Shown here one piece after another: positions 56,406 through 64,000 of a stretch of DNA of 64,000 nt; positions within the stretch are counted from its first letter, which is position 1, and every line of letters begins with the position of its first letter. The stretch lies in contig JARKNX010000036.1 in NCBI GenBank assembly GCA_029976025.1, positions 70,353 through 134,352 on the forward strand, in the 5' to 3' direction. Source of the stretch: Aggregatilineales bacterium. Lineage in GTDB: Bacteria; Chloroflexota; Anaerolineae; Aggregatilineales; Ch27. The notes beneath the pieces were generated by a model that had not been told where the DNA came from, did no database searches, and saw nothing but the letters and a program-made list of their open reading frames with translations. The position numbers and the translations under genes are program-made.

Positions 56406-58550
56406 ATGAACAATATACCGATGGGTAGCCAGAACCCGGATACGGGAGTGGCTATTAACCTTGCCTCTTTACGCACTGAGCTTGCACAACGCTTCACTCT
56501 ACTCTTGATTGTGAGCGGGGGTATTGGGCTGTGGATCTGTATCCCACAGTCACCTTTCCCCTCACAGATTTTTGGGCTGTTGACCGTGCTGGTGATCTAC
56601 AGCTATGCTGTGCGCAATCTGCTTGCAGTACAGCCTGTAGTAGGGCGCCGGCTATTAATCGGGGGACTGCTCTGCCTGCTCATTGCCGCAATGCTGGTGT
56701 TGGATACAGTATGGTTGCCGTTTTTAGGTTCACTACTGGTTTTTGCTTCAGCAATCCTGATTCGTCACGCTGAAATAGTAGTAGCAGGATGTATCTGCCT
56801 GGCTGTACTAGTCGCCGGAGTAGGGATGGACAGGGGCTATCCCATGCCCGGTCTACTTATCTTTCTTGGATTCAGTGCGATTTTCTCCAGCCTTGTGAGC
56901 AATACGGTTTTTACTGCATTGAGCTGGGAATCACAGATGCGCCAACAGTCGCTGATATTGCTCTCCGAGATTCGTGAGCACCGTGGGCGGCTCAGTCAGG
57001 TGGTGAAGTCGCTTAACCACGCTTACGAACAACAAAAATATATGCAGCAGGAACTTATTCAGGCGCGTCGGGTTGCGGAGGAGGCGCGTCGACTCAAGGA
57101 GCAGTTTGCGGCTAACATCAGCCATGAGCTGCGAACTCCGTTGAATCTGGTGCTTGGCTTCACCGAGGTTATGTATAGGAATCCGGAGGTATATGGCACC
57201 CTGACATGGCCGACAAAGCTGCGCCGCGATATTGCGCAGGTTTATCGAAATACGCAGCACTTAGTCGGCATGATCGACGACATTTTGGATTTGTCGCGCA
57301 TCGAGATTGCCTCTTTTGCTCTGAATATTGAACCAACATTGTTAACCCCATTTGTTAGAGAAGTTGCTCAGATTGCGAAGAGCCTGTTCACGAATCGTGC
57401 TGTGTACTTCATAGCGGATATTCCGGAAGAATTACCAACGATTGAATTAGATCGGACCCGTGTACGGCAGGTAATCCTGAATCTCCTGAATAATGCTGCG
57501 CGCTTTACGGAACAGGGGAGTGTACGCCTGTCTGTGTGGCCGGAAGATAGCGCGATTGTTTTTCAGGTACAGGATACGGGAATCGGTATTCCTTCTGAGA
57601 AGTTGCCCCAACTGTTCAGTGAATTTTTTCAAGTGGATTCTTCGGTCAGACGCAGCCGGAGCGGAGCTGGCCTGGGGCTGGCGATCAGCAAGAAGTTCGT
57701 AGAAGCGCATGGCGGTCGAATATGGGCTGAGAGTATCGAGGATGAAGGAACAACCTTCTCATTCACACTCCCGGTAGAAAGCATCCCTGGCCGGCTGGCG
57801 AGACCCCGGCCTGCTTCATCAGAAGTGCCAGATCAGCGCCGCCTATTGCTTGTTGGCGTCCAAGCTCCGGTAGCCGCTCACATCATGCGTTATCTCAAAG
57901 AGTTTGAAGTGGTTGCAGTACAGAGTCCTGGTGAGATCGATCAGGCTATCAAAGAATGGGAGCCTGCTGCTGTGCTGTGGAATAACTCCATAGAGACTGT
58001 AGATAGTACTCACATTTTGGATGATGTGCCGATTCCAGTAATTGAGTGTCCTTTGTCGTTCGTGCTTGATGAACAGCCGCAGCCATTGCTATTTGACACG
58101 CTGGCCAAGCCTGTGACGTCGAGACAGTTGCTGGACAAGCTCGACCTTCATCGGAATGTTTCGCACATTCTAGTAGTTGATGATGATATTGGCTTTATTC
58201 AGTTGATGGAGCGCTTTATTGAAGCTAGCACATACCAATACACCATCACCTATGCCTTCACCGGATATGACGCCCTGAGTGCTATGCGAGAACAACAGCC
58301 AGATATTGTTTTGCTGGGTACTACCCTGTCAGATCTGAGCGCGACTGAAATCATGGCGGTTATGGCCAGCGAGAAAATCCTGCATGCTATCCCGATTATT
58401 CTAGTGACAGCTAGCGAGCCCGCCAGAATGTTGGATGTCGTGCTTACCGGGCCAGTTACTATTCATTATATGCTTGGCTTCAAGCCTGGCGAGTTGCTTC
58501 ATCTTTTGAGCAGAATCCTGGAAAGCCTTGTCTATCCTCGCACACGGTGA
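56406..58550 (+). CDS. Membrane sensor histidine kinase with C-terminal receiver-like domains
   Basis: About 5 N-terminal TM helices. HisKA H-box FAANISHELRTPLN. HATPase motifs are LNLLNNAARFT, VQDTGIGIP and GAGLGLAISKKFVEAHGGRIWAES. The C-terminal ILVVDDD...PDIVLLGTTLSDLS has Gly where the phospho-acceptor Asp is expected. Confidence 0.85.
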   Translation: MNNIPMGSQNPDTGVAINLASLRTELAQRFTLLLIVSGGIGLWICIPQSPFPSQIFGLLTVLVIYSYAVRNLLAVQPVVGRRLLIGGLLCLLIAAMLVLDTVWLPFLGSLLVFASAILIRHAEIVVAGCICLAVLVAGVGMDRGYPMPGLLIFLGFSAIFSSLVSNTVFTALSWESQMRQQSLILLSEIREHRGRLSQVVKSLNHAYEQQKYMQQELIQARRVAEEARRLKEQFAANISHELRTPLNLVLGFTEVMYRNPEVYGTLTWPTKLRRDIAQVYRNTQHLVGMIDDILDLSRIEIASFALNIEPTLLTPFVREVAQIAKSLFTNRAVYFIADIPEELPTIELDRTRVRQVILNLLNNAARFTEQGSVRLSVWPEDSAIVFQVQDTGIGIPSEKLPQLFSEFFQVDSSVRRSRSGAGLGLAISKKFVEAHGGRIWAESIEDEGTTFSFTLPVESIPGRLARPRPASSEVPDQRRLLLVGVQAPVAAHIMRYLKEFEVVAVQSPGEIDQAIKEWEPAAVLWNNSIETVDSTHILDDVPIPVIECPLSFVLDEQPQPLLFDTLAKPVTSRQLLDKLDLHRNVSHILVVDDDIGFIQLMERFIEASTYQYTITYAFTGYDALSAMREQQPDIVLLGTTLSDLSATEIMAVMASEKILHAIPIILVTASEPARMLDVVLTGPVTIHYMLGFKPGELLHLLSRILESLVYPRTR

Positions 58551-58723
58551 GGAGTGACAGGTGTTTCTGCCTTACCTACGGAAGAGTCTGCAACCTATAT
58601 TTTGCTGTCGATGCCACTCTGACCGACTGAATTGACACCTTTATGTCACCTTCTTGGCGTCCTGATTCATATAGAATGAACTTACCTGCAGTCTGTCAAG
58701 CCAGTCAATATGGAGGTAACAAT

Positions 58724-60025
58724 ATGCGGTCTCGCTTTTCGTCTGTTTCACAGAAGAGTTTCAAGCCTGTGACCATGGTGCTGGTATTAGCGCTGATTCT
58801 GAGCACAGTGGGAATGTCGTTCGCCCAGTCCGGTAAAGGATTGGAGGGTGAGTTGACATTCTACTGGTATGAAGATCGGTTTGCTGAGACCATGCAGTCG
58901 TATATTGCCCAGTTTGAGGAGGCGAATCCAGGAGTGACGGTCAACCTCGAGATTCTGCCTTTCGGCACTTACTTTGAGAGGCTGCCTGTTCAAATTGCCT
59001 CCGGCAATGCGCCTGATGTGTTCTTCCTGGTTTCCGGCCAGGTGCAGAACTACGCTCGGATGGACGTGTTGGCAGATCTCGGTGCCTGTGTGACGCCGGA
59101 GGAGCTTGAGCCATATCGTTCTGCTCAGATTGACTTCTCGACCTATGATGGAACACTGATCGCACTACCGTTCACGACAACTGTGTTGACGCTTCTGGTT
59201 AATGAGGATCTGTTCAACGCGGCCGGAATTGAGATCCCGCGTACGTTTGAGGAAGCTTGGACCTGGGAAGAATTCGCTGATGTGCTGCGTACGCTCAAGG
59301 CCAACAACAATCTGGTAAGCGCCATGTATAATGGCGGGCGTGATTTCTGGTGGCTGCCCTGGTTCTATGGTAACGGCGCTAGCCTGTTCAATGAAACGCT
59401 TGACGAGCCAGCGTTTAATTCTCCGGAGGCCCTCGAAACCTTTGAGTATCTGAAAGCACTCACTGATGAAGGGTTGATTGCGGTCCCGCCGACAGCGGGG
59501 GCTAGCGCACAGGAAGTTCAGCAACTCTTTGTGCAGGGTCGCCAGGCCGTGTTCAGCGGAGGGCACTGGGACCTCACGGGCCTTGTGGACGCCATTGGCG
59601 ACAGCTTTGTGCTAAACGCAGCCATGTTTCCGGTTTCGTCTTCCAACTCTCTGGCCCTCGGTGGCGATTATCTTGTAGTTTCCAGAGACACTGCTAATCC
59701 GGAGCTTGCCTGCGAATTCATCAAGTTCCTCACCTCTGCTGAGGTTACGCAGGACTATTCTGAACGATACTACTATCTGCCGCCGCGTTCCGATGTAACA
59801 CCGGAATATACGGAACATGCCGCTATTATGGAGCTGGTGGCATCTCAGGCGGATGCGCTGGCTTCATCGCAACTCACACTGCATCGTGGCCTGCCGTTCT
59901 ACTCCACTGTGAACAGCGTATTCGGTGCTGAATACCAGCTAGTCATGCTGGGCGAAAAGTCTCCTGAAGAGGCGCTCGAAGCTATCGATGCGGCGATTGC
60001 CCAAGTGTTAGCTGAAGCTGAATAG
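58724..60025 (+). CDS. Sugar ABC transporter substrate-binding protein
   Basis: The start was set at ATG 58724 behind GGAGG. There is a signal peptide (VTMVLVLALILSTVGMSFAQS) and a family-1 SBP body. Confidence 0.9.
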   Translation: MRSRFSSVSQKSFKPVTMVLVLALILSTVGMSFAQSGKGLEGELTFYWYEDRFAETMQSYIAQFEEANPGVTVNLEILPFGTYFERLPVQIASGNAPDVFFLVSGQVQNYARMDVLADLGACVTPEELEPYRSAQIDFSTYDGTLIALPFTTTVLTLLVNEDLFNAAGIEIPRTFEEAWTWEEFADVLRTLKANNNLVSAMYNGGRDFWWLPWFYGNGASLFNETLDEPAFNSPEALETFEYLKALTDEGLIAVPPTAGASAQEVQQLFVQGRQAVFSGGHWDLTGLVDAIGDSFVLNAAMFPVSSSNSLALGGDYLVVSRDTANPELACEFIKFLTSAEVTQDYSERYYYLPPRSDVTPEYTEHAAIMELVASQADALASSQLTLHRGLPFYSTVNSVFGAEYQLVMLGEKSPEEALEAIDAAIAQVLAEAE

Positions 60026-60144
60026 CGCCTGGATAGTATGAGTCAGGTGAAGGTCCAGGGAGCCAGATATTCGGTTTCCTGGACCGTTCTTTGCCCCGTT
60101 AACGACCCTGAAATAGGTAGCGAAAAGAGCTCGGAATTTTCGTA

Positions 60145-61017
60145 ATGTCTTACCGTATCAATCGCCGGATAATTCCATATTTGTTTCTGTTGCCCTGCTT
60201 TGTTGCTTTGATTCTATTTAGCTTCATCCCATTTTTACAGGGGCTATATTTTGCACTTACGAGCTATCCGCTTTTGAAGAGTCCGGAGTTCATTGGCTTC
60301 AAAAACTTTGAGCGGCTAACCCGGGATCCATTGTTTCTCGCATCTTTGCGAAATACGCTTGTCTACATGATTACCACAGTTACGTTACGGGTCATCATAG
60401 GTCTGATCTTGGCGGTATTACTGAATATCCGGTTGCGCGGGAGGATCCTTTTTAGAACGATCTTTTACCTACCAGTGATTGCGCCGCTGGTAACTGTCTC
60501 AGTAGTCTGGCGGATCATCTTCGATACTTACTCAGGTGTACTGAATGCCGGTCTTGATCTCCTGGGCATTGCCCCGGTACCATGGCTGACCAGCACGGCC
60601 TGGGCTATGCCAGCAATTGTGATTATGAGCGTTTGGAAAACGTTCGGCTGGAATATCGTCGTATTTCTGGCTGGCTTACAAAGCATTCCCGGCTCGCTTC
60701 AGGAGGCGGCGCTGATCGATGGCGCGTCTCGATGGCAGGCTTTTCGGCATGTGACACTTCCTCTGTTACGCCCTACCGTACTGTTGGCGGTGGTGATGTC
60801 AACGATCAGTGCTTCGCAGGTTTTCGATCAAGTTTATGTCATGACTGGCGGCGGTCCAGGATACAGCACGATGACTTTAGGGCAGATGGTATACACAGCC
60901 GGGTTCCAGGACTATGAAATGGGCTATGCATCCGCCGTGTCAGTTGTATTACTACTCATTACGTTGATTTTTACAATGATCCAGTTCAAAGGCTTCGGGC
61001 AGGAAGTTGAATACTGA
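60145..61017 (+). CDS. Sugar ABC transporter permease (MalF-like)
   Basis: The EAA loop is GSLQEAALIDGASRWQAFRHVTLPLLRPT. The protein has six predicted TM stretches. Confidence 0.9.
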   Translation: MSYRINRRIIPYLFLLPCFVALILFSFIPFLQGLYFALTSYPLLKSPEFIGFKNFERLTRDPLFLASLRNTLVYMITTVTLRVIIGLILAVLLNIRLRGRILFRTIFYLPVIAPLVTVSVVWRIIFDTYSGVLNAGLDLLGIAPVPWLTSTAWAMPAIVIMSVWKTFGWNIVVFLAGLQSIPGSLQEAALIDGASRWQAFRHVTLPLLRPTVLLAVVMSTISASQVFDQVYVMTGGGPGYSTMTLGQMVYTAGFQDYEMGYASAVSVVLLLITLIFTMIQFKGFGQEVEY

Positions 61018-61067
61018 CCTCATCTGGACGAAGACGAGGCAAAACTTATGGCGGTGATAGTTATAGC

Positions 61068-61949
61068 TTGAAGCCGAGGAGACGAATATCTGTGACGGAA
61101 GTAAAACACAGTGGCAGCCAGAGATCGTGGGAATATTACCTCGGTAGAATCACAGTTATCATTGTACTGGTTCTGCTGGCGTTGATCACGCTCTTCCCGT
61201 TTATTTGGATGTTTGTGACAGCGTTGAAATCCTCAAGTGAGGTCTTCAAGTGGCCGATCGTGCTTTTCCCGGCTAATCCGCAGTGGGGAAATTTTGTAGA
61301 AGCCTGGAATCGTCAACCTTTCACCCGATTTCTTCAAAACACTATCTTCATCACCATTGGAACGACATTGCTGACGTTGTTCACCAGCTCAACAGCGGGC
61401 TTTGCCTTTGCCAAGTACGAATTCCGGGGAAAACGTATTCTCTTCATATTGATTCTACTGTTATTGATGCTACCTCCGCAGGTCACTCTTGTGCCGACTT
61501 ATCTGATGGTGCGTTCACTCGGCCTAGTCAATTCCTACTTCGGGTTGATGATTCCTGGCATTACCAGTGTGTTTGGCGTATTTCTGATTCGCCAATATCT
61601 GCAGTCCATCCCTAATGAACTCATCGATGCGGCACGAATTGATGGTAGCAACGATTGGGGAATCTACCTGCAAATTATTCTTCCATTGCTGAAGCCAGCA
61701 CTGGCAGTGCTGGCGATCTTCACATTCACCGGGAGCTGGAATTCGTTCTTGTGGCCGCTTATTATCGCAGATTCATCTACTATGTATACGTTACAGGTCG
61801 GGATCGCGTTCTTTTCTGGCCAGACGGGAACTGAATATCAGTTGATGATGGCAGTTGCTGTGGTGAGCATGTTGCCTGTAATTCTTATGTATCTCATGTT
61901 CCAACGGTATTTTGTAGCCAGTGTCGCACTCTCTGGAATGAATTATTGA
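61068..61949 (+). CDS. Sugar ABC transporter permease (MalG-like)
   Basis: The EAA loop is NELIDAARIDGSNDWGIYLQIILPLLKPA. The start codon is uncertain (TTG 61068 or GTG 61092). Confidence 0.9.
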   Translation: MKPRRRISVTEVKHSGSQRSWEYYLGRITVIIVLVLLALITLFPFIWMFVTALKSSSEVFKWPIVLFPANPQWGNFVEAWNRQPFTRFLQNTIFITIGTTLLTLFTSSTAGFAFAKYEFRGKRILFILILLLLMLPPQVTLVPTYLMVRSLGLVNSYFGLMIPGITSVFGVFLIRQYLQSIPNELIDAARIDGSNDWGIYLQIILPLLKPALAVLAIFTFTGSWNSFLWPLIIADSSTMYTLQVGIAFFSGQTGTEYQLMMAVAVVSMLPVILMYLMFQRYFVASVALSGMNY

Positions 61950-61964
61950 GTACTGGAGGCCATT

Positions 61965-63452
61965 GTGGATTTTGTACACGAATCGGAGCGGAAGATCCCT
62001 GTTGTCGCACATCCAGATATCCTTGTTATTGGTGCCGGCCCGGCTGGTATTGGCGCTGCCGTTGCAGCGGCCAGAAATGGGGCTCGCGTGCTGTTGGTGG
62101 AACGCTATGGCTTCCTGGGTGGCAATCTGACTGTGGCCATGGTCAATCCGATGTTCACTTTTCATGATATTGAAGGGCGCCAGGTCATTCGCGGCATCGC
62201 CGGAGAACTTGTGGATCGCTTGGTTGAGTTGACTGCATCACCCGGCCATGTACGAGACTTGACGTTTGACAATGCGTCGATGACTCCATTTGATCCGGAG
62301 GGGATGAAATACACCCTGTTTCAGATGGTTTGTGAGGCGGGGGTGGAGTTGTTGCTCCACACGTGGGTTGTCGATGTCGTAGTTACCGGCTCCACTATTC
62401 AGAGCGTCATTATCGAGAATAAATCGGGTCGGCAAGCAATTCAGCCGGGCATAGTCATCGACTGCTCAGCTGATGGTGACGCAGCGGCCAGAGCCGGCGC
62501 GCCATTTACGAAGGGACGTGAAGGTGATGGGATGATGCAGCCGGTAACGTTGTTCTTTCGGATTGCAGATGTGGATGATCAGCGTCTTCGTGTCTGGATG
62601 AAGGCCAACCGCGATCTGTTGAAAGATTCACCAACCGATGAAGAGATTGATAGCAGTGATGTGCTGGCGTTTCTGGGCCTGCAGAGTCTGGTGGTGAAAG
62701 CGATGGAACGCGGAGAATTCCCTGCGTCAGCGGCCCCTCGCATTTTATTGTATCAGCTTCCGCGGAAGGGGCAGGTTGCTGTTAACACAACCCGGCTACA
62801 GGGGATTGATGGCACCAATGCCGATGATCTGACGCGCGCAGAAGTACTGACTCGCGAACAGGCCTGGCAGATTCATCGCTTCCTGAAAGCGAACATTGGC
62901 GGTTTTGAAGAGTCCTATATTCTCGATACCGGAATTCAGGTTGGTGTGCGCGAGACACGGCATATTGTGGGTGACTATACCCTGACTGAAGACGATGTAC
63001 TTTCTGGCCGGAGATTTTCGGATGGTATCGCCTGTGGAACTTTCGCTATTGATATTCACCCGCCGGACGGTCAGCAACAGATTTATACCGGCTCGGGCAA
63101 GGCGGTGTACGAGATTCCCTATCGCTGCTGTACGCCGGTCGGGTTCGATAATCTTCTGGTAGCCGGACGTTGTATATCTGCCACGCACGCGGCATTTGGT
63201 TCGGCACGTGTTATGGCTACCAGCATGGCAATTGGGCAGGGGGCGGGCACTGCAGCGGCGCTTGCCGTCCGTGCCGGGCAGATTACACGGCAAGTTTCGA
63301 TTCAGGCGGTCCGCACCACCTTGCTGGAGCAGGGTCAGTATCTGCTTGATGACCGGGCCGAGGAGATTCGGGATGACGACTTGAAGCTGCAGAAGGGTGA
63401 GAGCTCCGGTGCGGCTGCTTCACATTACAACCCATTTGCTGACAAACAGTAA
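61965..63452 (+). CDS. FAD-dependent oxidoreductase
   Basis: The Rossmann dinucleotide motif DILVIGAGPAGIGAAVAAARNGARVLLVERYGFLGGN is at the N-terminus. The gene is 495 aa and sits in a glycan-utilisation context. Confidence 0.8.
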   Translation: MDFVHESERKIPVVAHPDILVIGAGPAGIGAAVAAARNGARVLLVERYGFLGGNLTVAMVNPMFTFHDIEGRQVIRGIAGELVDRLVELTASPGHVRDLTFDNASMTPFDPEGMKYTLFQMVCEAGVELLLHTWVVDVVVTGSTIQSVIIENKSGRQAIQPGIVIDCSADGDAAARAGAPFTKGREGDGMMQPVTLFFRIADVDDQRLRVWMKANRDLLKDSPTDEEIDSSDVLAFLGLQSLVVKAMERGEFPASAAPRILLYQLPRKGQVAVNTTRLQGIDGTNADDLTRAEVLTREQAWQIHRFLKANIGGFEESYILDTGIQVGVRETRHIVGDYTLTEDDVLSGRRFSDGIACGTFAIDIHPPDGQQQIYTGSGKAVYEIPYRCCTPVGFDNLLVAGRCISATHAAFGSARVMATSMAIGQGAGTAAALAVRAGQITRQVSIQAVRTTLLEQGQYLLDDRAEEIRDDDLKLQKGESSGAAASHYNPFADKQ

Positions 63453-63470
63453 AGGTGAATCTACGCCCCC

Positions 63471-64000
63471 ATGTCATTACATGCTGAGATCAGAGTCCAT
63501 ACTGACAATATAACGGGCGAGATCGACCCGCGTATCTATGGCCAATATATCGAAAACGTAGAGCCGGATGATCGGGTGATCTACGGTGGTGTATGTGATG
63601 AGAATGGTGAATTGCGTGCGTCAGTGGTGGAAGCTCTGCACCGCATGAAGGTCCCGGTGATTCGCTGGGGCGGCAACTATGGCGATGTGTACCAGTGGAA
63701 AGATGGGGTGGGGCCAAAGGCGTTGAGGCCGCGCCGCCCCAATTACTTCTGGGGCGGAGAAGAATCGAATCGCTTTGGAACACATGAATTTCTTGAACTA
63801 TGTAACGTGCTCTCCGCCCAACCCTATATCAACATCAATATGGGAACTGGCGGTCTACTGGAGGCGTTAGCCTGGCTTGAATACTGTAACTATGGCGGCC
63901 ACACCTTTTATACCGAGCTGCGCCATGAACACGGCCAGGATGATCCCTGGAAAGTACCGATCTGGGGTATTGGTAATGAAGCATGGGGACACTGGGAGGC
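63471..64000 (+). CDS. Alpha-L-arabinofuranosidase, GH51-like (3' end runs off the window)
   Basis: Hand translation from ATG 63471 gives IDPRIYGQYIENV, VIRWGGNYGDVYQWKDGVGP, NRFGTHEFLELC, EALAWLEYCNY and IWGIGNEAWGHWE (the catalytic acid/base GNE region), as in GH51 enzymes. It is not in the ORF track because there is no stop in the window. Confidence 0.85.
   Translation, partial: MSLHAEIRVHTDNITGEIDPRIYGQYIENVEPDDRVIYGGVCDENGELRASVVEALHRMKVPVIRWGGNYGDVYQWKDGVGPKALRPRRPNYFWGGEESNRFGTHEFLELCNVLSAQPYININMGTGGLLEALAWLEYCNYGGHTFYTELRHEHGQDDPWKVPIWGIGNEAWGHWE

Overview
64-kb bacterial chromosomal window. I found no rRNA, tRNA or CRISPR array. Hand GC counts on sample 60-nt lines suggest three zones: roughly 45-55% GC at 1-34.4 kb and 54.9-64 kb, and roughly 60-65% at 34.4-54.8 kb.

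(1) 1-12 kb is a decayed mobile/defence junkyard. It holds a P4-type primase-helicase running off the left edge, with an RHH gene next to it. An intact IS3-family element joins an HsdR N-terminal stub directly to an HsdS C-terminal stub. Also present are a DUF3800 gene, a 5'-truncated DUF2726/zinc-ribbon gene, a frameshifted Res-like C-terminal remnant, a membrane-anchored P-loop NTPase with TPR repeats, two head-to-head Mor-like HTH paralogs, and a second, inactivated IS3-family element.

(2) 12-18.2 kb is a LacI-family regulator, an unknown 570-aa protein and a sugar ABC transporter.

(3) 18.4-34.1 kb is the main finding: a tightly packed nine-gene minus-strand operon. It joins an Ssp-type DNA phosphorothioation set (DUF4007/SspB-like, giant ATPase/SspC-like, PAPS reductase/SspD-like, cysteine desulfurase/SspA-like) to a methyltransferase-less BREX-like set. 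That second set is a second DUF4007 paralog, a 160-aa unknown, a BrxC-like 1423-aa ATPase, PglZ and a short BrxL-family ATPase. The operon is bracketed by about 46-bp imperfect direct repeats and is compositionally mosaic.

(4) 34.4-54.8 kb is a high-GC carbohydrate block. It has two DhaK and two DhaL genes, TIM-like, RpiB and MtnA-like isomerases, an aldo/keto reductase, two ABC transporters, tandem GH172 (DUF2961) paralogs, an M24 peptidase-like gene and an LLM oxidoreductase. It ends at a degenerate IS3 fragment.

(5) 55-64 kb holds an atypical two-component pair, a third sugar ABC transporter, an FAD-dependent oxidoreductase and a partial GH51 arabinofuranosidase.

All functional calls rest on motifs read from the translations. 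No database search was run.
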